From assembly GCF_009914755.1 (NCBI RefSeq), contig NC_060939.1: a stretch of 64,000 nucleotides of DNA, one strand, 5' to 3'. The translations under genes were made by a program, and so were the position numbers. Under the pieces are notes generated by a model. That model was given only the letters and a program-made list of their open reading frames with translations. It did not search any database and had not been told where the DNA came from. Shown in pieces: positions 1-20,508 of this stretch (the first letter of the stretch is position 1; every line of letters begins with the position of its first letter). The DNA is from the human T2T-CHM13v2.0 reference genome, Homo sapiens.

Positions 1-31
1 CATTTATCCTAGAAGCCCTGATTCTTTTTAG

Positions 32-442
<411 letters not shown>

Positions 443-1083
443 TGACTTTCAGCCTTTCAGAGACATTTTATTTTAGATGTGAGTTGTGTTTTGTTCAATA
501 ATACATTCTGAAATTAATAGAAAATTAGGTTATTTACACGATTCTTGAATGTATAATTGAAATAGGCCTATTCAGCAACTGTAAGAATCCCTACATTGGC
601 CCTCTGATCTACTGAGTGAGGACTATTATGACAGGAAGAACCAACTGGAAGAAGACCTTGGAACTTTCCTTCCCTACCAGGATGTAAACCAAAAGCATCT
701 CTGGAGGAATTTCAGAGGTCAGTGCCATCATCAAAGATTTAAAAGATACTGCATCCCCATTTACCTTGCTGGTTTGGCCTGCAAGAGAAGGTGGTTTGAT
801 CTTGGAAAAAAATACTTGATTCTCATATGCTTAATCAGGTGAAGTTGCCAATTGCTGTTCCAGATCTAATATCCTTCCTGGAGCAAATCAACTCAGCTTC
901 TCGTACTTAGTATTAATATAACATATGCTTTTATTTTTATGTCAATTTGCAAAGTCACCTGAAGCAGTTTATGTTCACCTAGCAGAAATAATGGTACACC
1001 GTCATTTGCTTCAAGGCCGTGTCAGCTCTCCTGCTTTCTACCATCACCTAATCAGTAGAAATCATGGTTGTCTTAACATTTTA

Positions 1084-1405
<322 letters not shown>

Positions 1406-3130
1406 CTACATCAATGATACAATGATGACTGGTTCTGATGACCAGGAAGTAGCAAGTATCCTAGATGTCATATTAAGACACATGTGTGCCAAAAGGTGGG
1501 AGATAAAAACCACACAAATTCAGGGACTTAGGGAGGTTTTTGGAAGTTCATGAGCCTAAAGCATGTTGGAATATCTCTTCCAAAGGGATTGACATGTTAC
1601 TCTAATTGCACTTTCTACCATTAAAAAAGAGGTTTCCTTTTTAATGCTTGACTTGCTTCTGGAGGTCAATGTATGGTATATTTGAGTGTGCTCCAACTCA
1701 GTACCTTGATAGTTTTGAAGGGGGCTCCAAACACGAAAAGTCTCTGCATCAGGTCCAAGCTGTAGTAACAAGCTGTTTTGCTACTTGGACCTTCTGTGCC
1801 AGATGTATTTTATAGGTTTATGGCACAAAGAGATGTTCAGTGAGGCCTCCTGAAAAGCCCTGAAGGAGAATAACAGAGCAGGTCTCTAGGATTTGAAAGC
1901 AAAGTCATGCTTCATTCTCCAATTGAGAACTAACTCTGACTGGGTTCCTGTAGAGCTAGATTGTTTAACCATGGAACATCAAGAGACCACGTAATCTTAG
2001 TTTCCTCTTATGAACTAGGTGTTATCTGATTCATTAAGCAATAAGGGTGAGCATTCACAGCACCAATTATTAATTAAATAGAAATTGTATAATAGGGATC
2101 AAAATTAAGCAAACCTGAAGGCACAAAGAAATTACATATGACACCTACCCCTGCTTCACTGTTCCTCTCCCTCTGTGTAGTCCTATAATTTGCTGGTGAA
2201 TTCCTTATTACCAATTGGCTTAGGAAGAAAAACTGAAACCTAATGATACTTGTACGAACAGGAAGTAGACTGCTGTAGCATTACAACCTCAGAAGGATTC
2301 CTGAAAGACAGTGTTGAAGAGAAATTGTCTCACCTAACAGAACTTCAAGCAGTCCATTTCACTGGCAACTGGGTCAATGTGAAATACTCAGAGGAGAGAA
2401 TCTGTATTGGCCCATGGGCAGGGGTTAAAGAATTGGCCAGTTGGTCAGGGACATTGGAAAAAATAAGATTGGCAAATCAGTGAGAAGGGATCTAGGGAAG
2501 AGATATGGGGATGGACCTATTTAAAAGTGCACAGAGTGTGAGGATATTTGTGTCCAATGTGGATGTTCACCAAGGGCACCTACTATAGAATAATCATGTA
2601 GACAGGAAGACATGCTCTGAGGAGGTTAGCCAGCCCCTTTCCCACCCAATGTTTCCTCAATTGCTCATGTTCAAAGTGGCCATGATGGCAGGGATGGGCA
2701 TAACAGCATAGACTTTCCCTCACCAAAGATGATCCAGCAACCATTGCTACATGTCTCACCTCCCAGCAGCACAGACCAGTGCTGATCCCCAATGTGGAGT
2801 GGGTGATAATTTGTTCCCATTGAATAATCAATTGATATGGACATGGACTTATCTTTTCTGTCTGCAATGCTTCTGATAGCACCATCCTCCCTAGACTTAT
2901 GGAATGCTTTATTCATCACCAAAGTATTTCATACATCACTTTTGACTAAATAATTCATTTTACAGAAATAGAAGAGTCACAGAGGCTCATGCCCATGTCA
3001 TTTACTGGTTGTACCACATATCCAAACACCCAGAAACCAGTGGCCTGAGAGAACAGTGAAATAGCCTACCAAAGACAATTACAGTATAAATTGGAAGACA
3101 ACACTCTAGGTTTGGGGTATATTCTACAGG

Positions 3131-3135
3131 GTGTG

Positions 3136-3170
<35 letters not shown>

Positions 3171-3172
3171 GT
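3131..3172 (+). repeat. (TG)n microsatellite
   Basis: About 20 TG units with one interruption. Confidence 0.95.
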
Positions 3173-4092
3173 AACCAGTAATCAACATATGTGCTATTTT
3201 TTCCACAGCCAGAATACTCAAGTCTGGGGATGCAGGTGCAGAAGTGGGAGCATATCCTAACGCCCCACTCACAGAATTTTTGTTTCCTATCCTTGATAAG
3301 GTTCTGCTGGCTTAGAAGTCTTAGTTCTCCACGGAGGAATGCTTCCATGAGGGAACATAATTGATTTACATTTTTTATTTATGAGTTGGGACTACCATTG
3401 GCCATTTTGGACTTTGTATGTCTCTCAACTAACAGGCAAAGGAGGTTATTGTATTGGCTGGAGTAATCCCAATTACATAGGGGAATTTAGTTGCTAAGAC
3501 ATAATAAAGCTCAGTAGATTCTCTAGGGTACCTCTTAGTACCATGTCCAGTAGAAAAAAAGCTAATGAAAAACTAAATGAAGACAAATGGGGATCAGACC
3601 TTTCAGGAATGAAGGTTTGGGCTACTCCAAAGAATCTGGGTCAGTTGAGATACTGGCTGAGGATAAAGGGGGTTGAAATGTACAGTGAGATAGGAAGCTC
3701 TATATAACAACTACAGCTTCAGTACCACGTACAGAAATGGGGTGAAGCAGCTATGTATATTTTTTCCTTGCTTGATATGTACATATACATCTGTATGTAT
3801 TATTTTTCCTCCCTACTTCTCCCTTGTTTTTTAGATAAGGGTTACTCTTAGTCTAATTAGGTTCCAAATGATTCTCATGGGATTCCAACTAAACTAGAAG
3901 AGAAAGTAGCATCACACAGAGATGGATATGGGGACTGTTATGAGTTTACCTATTATTTTTTGGGGGAAGGGGATGAGAACTTCTTTGTTGTTCTTGGTTG
4001 TGTCTTGATAGGTGGAGGCATGGAGTTGTTATTTTTCTTGGAAATTTAAAATATGAGCAGAAGAGTGTGTATGAATGCTTAGTAGAGAGAAC

Positions 4093-4209
4093 TGTTCCAG
4101 TTATTTACCTATTGTTTCCTAGCTTCAAATTCCCCTTTCTATGCTTTGCTGTGTGATACTGGGGCTGGCCTCTGCAAACTAGATTTCCCAGATTCTCTGA
4201 CCAACTGGC
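4093..4209 (+). mobile_element. 5' part of an ERVL LTR (LTR33/LTR41-like) following the polypurine tract
   Basis: agtagagagaac|TGTTCCAGTTATTTACCTATTG...CAAATTCCCC...GTGATACTGGGGCTGG...CTCTGCAAAC. Confidence 0.55.
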
Positions 4210-4507
4210 TTTTTTTTTTTTTTTTTTGACAGAGTCTTGCTCTGTTGTCCATGCTGGAGTGCAGTGGCACAATCTTGGCTCACTGTAACCTCTGCCTCCT
4301 TGGCTCAAGAGATTCTCTTGCCTTAGCCTCCCAAGTAGCTGAGATTACTGGTGCCCACCACCACGCCTGGTTATTTTTTGTATTTTTAGTAGAGATGGGG
4401 TTTCGCCATGTTGGGCAGGCTTGTCTTGAACTCCCGACCTCAGGTGATCTCCCTGCCTTGGCCTCCCAAAGTGCTGGGATTACAGGCATGAGCCACTGTG
4501 CCCAGCC
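4210..4507 (-). mobile_element. Alu (S family), TSD ACCAACTGGCTTTT
   Basis: TSD at ~4200 and ~4508. Confidence 0.95.
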
Positions 4508-4535
4508 ACCAACTGGCTTTTAAAAATGATGCTCC

Positions 4536-5930
<1,395 letters not shown>

Positions 5931-6429
5931 ACTAACAGAATAAAATATTTTAGATATATCCAATATATGCTTCTTTATTCCCTTGTAACTTATATACAGG
6001 TATGCTTATGAATTATGTTAGAGATAAAACACATTAAGATAGAAAAATATAAAATGATGAGATAGAAATGGACTATACAACATTTAAGACCAAATCATCT
6101 TTATTTTATTTATTCACAGCACAACTTTACTGATATTGGATTTCAAATACTTTTCCTGATCAAATCTGACTTTCTTGGGACTGAGTTTTTAGTAGATCTG
6201 TTTAGATCATTGTAATACATTTGTTCTATACACTTTGTAATGTGGTTGATAAAAGTTCATTTCTACCAGTAAAAAAAATTGTTACGTCTGTCATTGCTTT
6301 ATTGTTTTGTTTGTATATGCTTATTATTATCTTCATTCCACAGGTTTCTTGTTTGTTTTGCTCTGGCAGGAATTTTTGTAAATTCTTTGCTCACTTTGTA
6401 CTGGATGGCTTTTAAAACTAGATAGTAAA

Positions 6430-8425
<1,996 letters not shown>

Positions 8426-8429
8426 GAAA

Positions 8430-8586
8430 AGAGGACTTGAAATGTTCACAACACATAGAAATAATAAACACTGAAAGTAATGGATGCCCTAAATACCATG
8501 ACTTGATCATTGCACAGTCTATGCATATAACCAAATATCACATGTACCCCATAATATGTTCAAAATTATGTATCAATAAAAAGAAA
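8430..8586 (+). mobile_element. Short L1MA 3' end
   Basis: TTGAAATGTTC...CCTAAATACC...ACTTGATCATT...CACATGTACCCCATAA...TATGTATCAATAAAAA. Confidence 0.7.
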
Positions 8587-8588
8587 TA

Positions 8589-9246
<658 letters not shown>

Positions 9247-10369
9247 TCAATCAAGCAAATGAAAAAATCAGTGAGCTGGAAGACACAGCATTTAAAATTA
9301 TCCCATTAGAGCTGCAAAAGACAAAAGATTTTAAAAAATGAAGAAAATCTATGGGAATTATGGGACACCATCAAGAGACCAAACCTTTACATAACAGGAA
9401 TCGTAGAAGTAGAAGAAAGACAAAAAGGGTTAGAAAGCATATTTAAAGAAATAGTGGCTAAAAACTTCCCTAATCTAGGGATAGATGCCAACATATAGGT
9501 ACAGGAAGCACAGAGGTCTCCAATCTAATTCAACCCAAAGAGGAGTTCATCAAGACATATAATAAACTACCAACAATCAATGGCAAAGAAAAAATTCTAA
9601 GAGCAGCAAGAGATAAACACATCATGAAGAAATGCCAATACAACTATCATTTGATTTCTCAGCAGAAATCTTGCAGGCCAGGGGAGAGTGGGATGATATA
9701 TTCAAAATATCAAAGGAAAGAAAAATGGCAACCAAGAATTCTTTACTCAGCAAATGTGTCTTTCAGAAATGAGGGAGAAATAAAAACTTTCCCAGACAAA
9801 CAAAATCTAAGAGAGTTCATCACTACTAGACCTATAAATTGTCAAGGGATACAAATTACAAAATGATGTAAATTCTGACATTGAAAACAAAATATGTTTG
9901 TGTGGGAGTAAAAGTGTAGAGTTATTATATGTAATCAAAATTAAGTTGTTATAAGTTTGAAATAGGCCGTTATAAGTATAAGATGTGCTATGTAAGCCTC
10001 ATGGTAACCACAAACAAAAATCTTTAGAAGAAGCACAAAACAAAATGGAAAGGATTCAAAGCATATAACTAAAGAAAACCATCAAACCACAAAGAAAACA
10101 GCAAGGGAGGAAGAAAGAAAGAAAGCATCCAGAAAACAACCAGAAAACAATTAACAAAATGGCACTAGGAAGTCCTTACCTATCAATAATTACTTTGAAT
10201 GTCAATGAATTAAATTCTCCAATAAAAAGACACCCAATGACTGAACAGATATAAAAACAAGACCCAACTATGTGGTACCTATATAATACTTACTTCACTC
10301 TTAAGGACACACATAGACTGAAAGTAAAGGGATGGAAAAAAATATTCTATGCAAATGAAAACCAAAAGA

Positions 10370-10701
<332 letters not shown>

Positions 10702-10872
10702 CTACTTTTATCAGATAAAATAGGCTTTAAGTAAAAAATTTGTGAAAAGAGACAAAGAAGGACATTATATAATAATAAGGGGTCAATTCATCAACAGGAT
10801 ATAACAATTATAAATGTATATGCAGCCAACATCAGAGCACCTAAATATATTTTAAAAAATTAAAGCAAGCTT

Positions 10873-11170
<298 letters not shown>

Positions 11171-11171
11171 T

Positions 11172-11396
11172 CAAACTTGTCTAACCCACACCCTGTAGGC
11201 CACATGTGGCCCAAGACAGCTTTGAATCCTGAATGCTGCCTAGCGCAAATTTGTAAACTTTCTTAAAACATTATAAGATTTTTTTGTGATTTTTTTTTAG
11301 CTCATCAGCTAGCACTAGTGTTAGTGTATTTTACGTGGCCCAAGACAATTCTTCTTCCAGTGTGGTCCAGAGAAGCCAAAAGATTGGATACCTCTA
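11172..11396 (-). mobile_element. MER30 (hAT-Charlie MITE)
   Basis: Reverse complement of CAGGGGTGTCCAATCTTTTGGCTTC...GGGCCAC...AATTGTCTTGGGCCAC...CTGATGAGC. Confidence 0.85.
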
Positions 11397-12272
11397 AAAG
11401 ATCTGAAGGGAGAGATAGATTGTAGTCCAATAATAGTAGGGGACTTTAATATCCCACCTTCAACAACAGACAGATCATCCAGACAGAAAATATTGGACTT
11501 GACATCACTTTAGACCAAATGAACCTAACAGACATAACAGAACACTCCACCCAATAGCAACAGAATATACATTCTTCTCAAGCACACATGGAACATTCTC
11601 TAGGATAGATCACATGTTAGGGCACAAAACAAGCCTTAGAAAATTTAAGAAGATTGAAATCATATAAAGTATCTTTTCTGACCACAATCATATGAAACTA
11701 GAAATCAATAACAGGAGGAATTTTGGAAAATTCACAAATACATGGAAATTAAACATGCTCCTGAACAACCAATGGGTCAATAAAGAAATTACAAGAGAAA
11801 ACTTAAAAGATCTTGAGATAATTTTATCTTAATAAAAAGACACCATACCAAAATCTTATGGGATATAGCAAAAGCAGTTCCAAGAGGAAAGTTAATAGCA
11901 ATAAATGCCTACATCAGAAAAAAAAAAACTCAAACAAGTTAATGTTAAGGAACTAGAAAAAGAACAAACTAAGCCCAAAGGCAGCAGAATAAAGGAAAGA
12001 AACACATCCTTGTTCATTCTTGATGAACACAGATGCAAAAATTATCAGCAAAACACTAGCAAACTGAATTCAATAACACGTTAAAAGGTTCATCCACCAT
12101 GATCAAATGGAATTTATTCCTGGGATGCAAGATTGGTTCAATATATGCAAATTAATAAACGTGGTACATCACATTAACAGAATGAAGAACAAAAACTATA
12201 TGATTATCTCTTAGATGCAGAAAAAGGCTTAGACAAAATTCAACATCTTTTCATGGATAAAAACTCTCATTA

Positions 12273-12806
<534 letters not shown>

Positions 12807-12958
12807 GAAAAAGAATCAGTAGTATTTCTATAAGCTTATAATGAACTATCCAAAAAGAATAGTTTCACTTAAATAGTTATAAAAATAAATAAAATGCTTA
12901 GGAATAAATTTACCAAGAAGGTGAAAAACCTATATACAAAAAACTATAAAAGAAATTG

Positions 12959-13611
<653 letters not shown>

Positions 13612-16403
13612 TCATTGAGTGGAAGAATTAATATTGTTCAAATATCCATGCTACCCAAAGCAATCTACAAATTCAATTCAATCTCTATCAACATTCCAAT
13701 GTCAGTTTTCATAGAAACAAAAAAAGCAACCTAAAATTCATATGGGACCACAAAACCCCCTGAGTAGTCAAGAAAATCATGCACAAAAAGAACAATGCTG
13801 GAGAGGTGTCACACTACCCAACTGAAAACTATACTACAGAGCCATAGCAATTAAAACAGTATGGTACTGGCAAAAAATAGGCATATCAACCAATGCAATA
13901 GAATAAGGAGCCCAGAAATGAACTTATGCATGTATAGTCAATTGGTTTTAAATAAAGTTGCCAAGAATGCACAACTGGAAAAGGATAGTCTTCAATAAAT
14001 GGTTTTAGAAAACTTGAAATCCATATGCAGAAGAATGAAATTGGATCCTTATCTCACACCATATATGAAAATCAACTCAAAATGGAATAAAGATTGAAAC
14101 ATAAGATCAGAAACTGTAAAACTACTGAAAGAAAACAGAGGGAAAACTATACAACATTGGTCTGGCCAATGATATTCTGAATTTGGCCTCACAAGGGCAG
14201 GCAACAAAAGCAAAAATAGACAATGGGATTATGTCAAATTAAGAAGCTTCTGCACAGCTAAGGAAACAATTGACAGTGTGAAGAGACAACCTACAGAGTG
14301 GGAGAAAATATTTTCAAGCCACATATCTGATAAGGGGTTAATATACAAAATATATAAGGGACTCAACTCAATAGCAAGAAAACAAACAAAATAATTTAAA
14401 AATGGGCAAGGGACTTAAACAGATATTTCTCAAAAGAAGGCATAGAAATGCCCAACAGTATATGAAAAAATGCTTGATATTGATAATCACTAGGGAAATG
14501 CAAGTTGAAACCACAACGTGATATTTCACACCTGTCAGAATGACTATTATCAAAAAGACAAAAGATAGCAAGTATTGGTGAGGATGTGGAGAAAAGGGAC
14601 CCTTGTACATTGTTGGTGGGGATGTAAATTAGTACAGTCATTATGGAAAACTATATAGATGTTCTTCAAAAAACTAAAAATGGAATTACTATATGATCCA
14701 GCAATCCCACTTATGGGTATTTACTTAAAATACTTGAAATCAGTTTGTTGAAGAGATGTCTGGACTTCCATTGTCATTGTAGCACTGTCCACAATGGCCA
14801 AGCTATGGAATCAAGCATAACTCCAAATAGTGGGGTAAGGGGAAAATGGAGAAATGATGGTTAAAGGGTACGAAATCTCAATGAGGAGGAATGAGGTTTT
14901 TTTTTTTTGAGATCTATTGCATAGCATGGTGAATATAGTTAATAATAGTGTTTTGTACATTTCAAAATTACTAGGAGAGTAAATTTCAAATGTTCTCACT
15001 ACAAAACATAAGTATTTTAGGTGATGAATATGTTAATTAGCCTTATTTAATTATTCCACTTTGTATTCATAAATCATAACATCACTTTGTTCCCTATAAA
15101 TGTACACAATTATAAACTTAATTTATACTGGGGTAGGGAGGCAGTGGGGGTCAGGGAATTCCAATTATTGTAAAAGCTTTTTGGTGCTAGTTGACTTTAA
15201 AAACTACGTGCATATATTACTTAGATAAAAATGAAAAGTAGATGATTAAACAAACACTTTTTTTCTTTTAACAAAAGAAAGGAAGAAGATGGAAGGATGC
15301 TGGCAGGGTGGTAGCATTAGAGTGATCTTTTTTTAATCTTTGTCTTTTACTGTTTCCATGCACCTCCTCCCGCCCTACCTCCAATTAGTTTGTATTACTT
15401 TTGCATTCAGGAAAAAATTCCCAATATTTAGGAAAAGCTAACACTTCTTCATATCCTTAGATCTCTACTCTGGTGGCTTGGATATTGGGTCAGAGAAGCG
15501 CCTTCCTTCTTTAACAAAAGTCATACTATCATACGTGTTTATTTTTTCACTCAAGCATTGTGCGATAGGTTTTTCTCCCTGTCCTTCGGGAAGCTATTCA
15601 GGGTACACCCTACTGCACATCCTGACCTCAGGCTGTCCCTGTCAGCGGCCAGCAGAGTCCTCACTTGACTAGCTTTGGAAGAACCGAGTGGGGTCCGAGC
15701 TGTGGGCAATGAAAGTGGAGTTGAGTAAGAGCACCTGGCTGGGTTGAATGCCCATGACCAACCAGCCAAGGAGAACTGCTCACCCAGAAACTCAAGCAAG
15801 CCTCCACGTTTTGGTCCATTGACCCAGCTCAGGAAGAGGGAGAGTGGAAAGTGAAGGAGGAAAGGACAGCGGGACTGGTTCTGAAAGCTGAGAGAGCAGA
15901 AAGCTGAGGGCTCTCACTTCCCGTGTGTCCTTTTTTTCTGAGCCCAGAGGTCATGTGGTATAGCGGGAGAAACGCTAAGCCTGGGAACTCTCCCAGTTGT
16001 TCCTTCCTGACCTGTAAAACAGAGCTGCCCTTGCAGGGCTGATGTGAAAATTAACTACATTAAGTGAACTGTATAGAAACTATATGGTACTTTTCAAGAC
16101 TACAAGGACTTATTAATCGAGATAGTTTATTGTTAGTAATGAAACAGTGGGGTTGGCTCAGTTTATCCCCGAACTTTTTGCTTGGAATCCTCTCAGGTAT
16201 TTAACATTGAGATTTGGGTCTTTCATGACTAAGACAATTGGATTTTTCCAGCAGCTACTATTGATTCAATTAAAGAATTTCAATAGGCATAGTGATAACT
16301 TTCTAAAAAGTTATTGTTCATAAACAGCAGACTTAAATCGTCATTTTTTAAAGTAGGAAGAAAAAGATGATGCCTAGAATGGAAGATAAAGCAACAAGAA
16401 GTA

Positions 16404-16618
16404 GAGTTGACCCTTAAACAACACAGGGGCTAGGGGCACTGACCCCTTCCACACCATGGAAAATTCACGTGTAACTTTTGACTCCCCAGAACTGAACTTA
16501 ACTACTAATGGCCTACAATTGACCAGAGGACTTACAGATAACATAAACAGTTGTTAAACACATATTTTGTATGTTACATGTATTAGACACTGTATTCTTA
16601 TAATAAAGTTAGCTAGAG
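16404..16618. mobile_element. Tigger2-family DNA transposon fragment
   Basis: AGTTGACCCTT..ACAAC...GTAACTTTTGACTCCCC...AACTTAACTACTAAT...GATAACATAAACAGT. Confidence 0.75.
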
Positions 16619-19610
16619 GTACTAAGCCTAGTACCCAATAGTTATTTTTTTCTGATTCTCTTCCTCCTGCCAACCTCCACCCTCAGATAGGACCTATGTC
16701 TGTTGTTTTTCCCCTCTTTGTGTCCACATGTTCTCATCATTTAGCTTCCACTTATGAGTGAGAACATGTGGTATTTGGTTTTCTGTTTCTGCGTTAGTTT
16801 GCTAAGGATAATGGCCTCTAGCTCCATCCATGTTGCTGCAAAGGACGTGATCTCATTATTTTTTATGGCTGCATAGTATTCCATGGTGCATAGGTACCAT
16901 ATTTTCTTTATCCATTCTACCATTGATGGGCATTTAGGTTGATTCCATGTCTTTGCTGTGGTGACTAGTGCTGCAATGAACATATGCGTGCATGTGTCTT
17001 TATAATAGAATGATTTATATTCCTTTGAGTATATACCCAGTAATAGGATTGCTGGGTTGAATGGTAGTTCTGTTTTTAGCTCTTTGAGGAATCGCTGCAC
17101 TGCTTTCCACAATGGTTGAACTAATTTATACTCTCACCAACAGTGTATAAGCATTCTCTTTTCTCTGCAGCCTTGCCAGCATCTGTGATTTTTTGACTTT
17201 TTAAAAATAGCCATTCTGACTGGTGTGAGATGGTATCTCATTGTGGTTTTGATTTGCATTTCTCTAATGATCAGTGATGTTGAGCTTTTTGTCATATGCT
17301 TGTCAGCCACATGTATGTCTTCTTTTGAGAAGTGCCTGTTTGTGTCCTTTGCCCACTTTTTAATGGGAACTTTTTCTTGTAAATTTGTTTAAGCTCCTTA
17401 TAGAGCTGGATATTAGACCTTTGTCAGAGGAATAGTTTGCAAATACATTCTCCCATTCTGTAGGTTTTCTGCTTACTCTGTTGATAGTTTCTTTTGCTGT
17501 GCAGAAACTCCTTAGCTTAATTAGGTCCCATTTGTCAATTTTTGCTTTTGTTGCAATTGGTTTTGGCATGTTTATTATGAAATCTTTGCCAGTTTCTGTG
17601 TCCAGAATGGTATTGCCTAGGTTGTCTTCTAGGGTTTTGATAGTTTTAGGTTTTACATTTAAGTCTTTAATCAATCTTGAGTTGATTTTGTATATGGTAT
17701 AAGAAAGGGGTCCAGTTTTAATCTTCTGCTTATGGCTAGCAGTTCTCCCAGCACCATTTGTTGAATAAGGAATCTTCCTCATTGCTTGTTTTTATCAGTT
17801 TTGTTGAGGATCAGATGGTTGTAGATGTGTGGTCTTATTTATGAGCTCTCTATTCTGTTGCGTTGGTCTTATGTGTCTGGTTTTGTGCCAATACCATGCT
17901 GTTTTGGTTACTGTAGCCCTGTAATATACTTTGAAGTTGGGTAGCGTGATGCCTACAGCTTTGTTCTTTTTGCTTAGGATTGCCTTGGCGATTCAGGGTC
18001 TGTTTTGGTTCCATATGAATTTTAAAATAGTTTTTTCTAGTTGTGTGAAGAATATCATTAGTAGTTTGATAGGGATAGCACTGAATCTGTAAATTGCCTT
18101 GGGCAGTATAGCCATTTTAATTATATTGATTCTTCCTGTCCACGAGCATGGATTTTTTTCCATTTGTTTGTGTCATCTCTGATTTCTTTGAGCAATGTTT
18201 TAGAATTCCTTTTGTAAAGATCTTTTACCTCCCTGGTTAGCTGTATTCCTAGGTATTTTATTCTTTTAGTGGCAATTGTGAATGGGATTGTGTTTCTGAT
18301 TTGGCTCTCAGCTTGACTGTTGTTGGTGTATAGGAATGCTGGTGATTTTTGCACATTCATTTTGTATCCTGAGACTTTGCTGAAGTTGTTTATCAGTTCA
18401 AGGAGCTTTTGGGCCGAGTGGGGTTTTCTAGATATAGAATCATGTTGTCCGCAAATAGGGATAGTTTGACTTCCTCTCTTGCTATCTGGATGCCCTTTAT
18501 TTCTTTCTCTTGCCTGATTGCTCTGGCCAGGACTTTCAATATTATGTTGAATAGGAGTGCAAAGAGAAGTCATCCTTGTCTTGAGCCAGTTTTCAAGATG
18601 AATGCTTCCAGATTTTGCCCATTCAGTGTGATGTTGGCTGTGGGTTTGTCATAGATGACTCTTATTATTTTGAGGTATGTTTCTTCAATACCCAGTTTGT
18701 TGAGAGTTTTTAACATGAAGGGATGTTGAATTTTATTGAGGCTTTTCTGCATTTATTGAGACAATCATGTGGTTTTTGTCTTTAGTTCTGTTTATGTGAT
18801 GAATCATATTTATTGATTTGCATATTTTGAACCAAACTTGCATCCCAGGGATAAAACCTACTTGATTGTGGTGGGTAAGCTTTTTGATGTGCTGCTGGAT
18901 TTGGTTTGCTAGTATTTTGTTGATGATTTTTGCATCAATGTTCATCAAGGATATTGGCCTGAAGTTTTCTTTTTTGTTGTGTCTACAAGGTTTGGGTATC
19001 AGGATGATTCTGGTGTCACAGAATGAGTTAGGGAGGAGTCCCTCCTCCTCAATTTTTTGGAATAGTTTCAGCAGGAATGGTACCAGCTCTTTTTTGTACA
19101 TCTGGTAAAATTCAGCTGTGAATCTGTCTAGCCTTGGGGTTTTTTTGGTTGGCAGGCTACCTATTACTGATTCAATTTTGGAGCTTGTTATTGGTCTATT
19201 CAGGGATTCAATTTCTTCCTGGTTCAGCTATGGAGGGTGTATATGTCCAGGAATTTCTTCATTACTTCTAGATTTTTCTAGTTTGTTTGCATTGAGGTGT
19301 TCATAGTAGTCTCTGACGGTTATTTGTATTTCTGTAAATGACAAAGTTTATTTGGTTCTTCTTTCTTAGTCTAGCTAGCAGTCTACCGTATTAATTTTTT
19401 CAAAAAACCAGCTCCTGGATTCGTTGATCTTTTGAATGGTTTTTCATGTCTCAATCTCCTTCAGTTCAGCTCTGATTTTGGTTATTTCTTGTCTTCTGCT
19501 AGCTCTGAGGTTGGTTTGCTCTTGCTTCTCTAGTTCCTTCAGTTGTGATGTCAGGTTGTTAATTTGAGATTTTTCTAACTTTTTGATGTGGGCATTTAGG
19601 GCTGTAAATT
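16619..19610 (-). mobile_element. 5'-truncated primate L1 (older L1PA, ~L1PA13-16) ORF2 and 3'UTR, frameshifted
   Basis: ORF fragments on the minus strand: [64 protein letters not shown]. Confidence 0.93.
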
Positions 19611-20475
19611 TGAAGGAGCCATTTTTATCACACATACTGAACATTTACTTTGGGCTGGATGCTCTTCAGGAAGAAGACAGAGAACACCCTCAGCCCTTAC
19701 CATTCTCCTTAACTTGGCTCAAAAAGCAGGGCAGGGTGGTGCAGGTTAGAGCAACAACACACAGACACACCTCCTCACAGAAACACTCATGGTAGGAATC
19801 AGAGAAAGTGCTGGAAGAATTCTAGAGGTCACCTACTGCATGGTTTTCAAGAGGAAAGTCTTTTTTAGCCGCAGAACATAGAACAAAATATTAAATGTAC
19901 ATGAAACCAGATGGAAGTGGAAGGAGCTCGTGTGGTGCTTGGGAGCTGTCCAAGCTACTTCTTATCTCCTCTTTAGCTCTCCCTCCAGAACGGCCTGTGA
20001 GGCACCTGTGAGGTTCCCTAGAACCCCTCAAAGTACAGTCTGAAACGGCAATTTTACAGATGGGGAAATGAGGGCTCCAGCATTAGAGATGTTTAAGGCC
20101 CCACAGCTAGGGATGTGCAGAGGTGGAAGCTGAAGCCAGGACCCTCGAGTCCCCAAACGTGTTCTTTCCACCACATCAGTCCTCTGCGTGTGGTGTGGCT
20201 GGTGACCCGGAGGGGCTCTGGATTCAGCTTCTTCTCCTGGAAGGCAAATGCCATCTCGGGAGTTGCGGGGGAAGCCCGTGGGAAACCTACTCCAATCCAA
20301 TGTTCTAGGCTGAGGCACTCAATTCCTGGAAGCAGGATTAAGACCATTCAGAAAATATGTCCTCTTTTCAGCTAGCCTTGTAACTGGAAGAGGTACATGG
20401 GGTCACCAGGGGACTTTCCAAACATAATACATCTCGGAGGTCTGAAAGGACTCAGAAGTAGCGCACAATGCCTAT

Positions 20476-20508
20476 TGCAATAACCAAGTAATTCCAGCAG
20501 AGGGCACT
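20476..20508 (+). promoter_or_regulatory. CTCF binding motif (core CCAGCAGAGGGCACT with upstream TGCAATAAC module)
   Basis: Core at 20494-20508 fits CCASYAGRKGGCRSY; upstream module begins 18 nt before the core. Confidence 0.7.

Noticed and set aside
16741-19644. ORFs resembling reverse transcriptase
   Set aside because: Frameshifted fragments of a truncated L1 ORF2 that cannot encode an active protein
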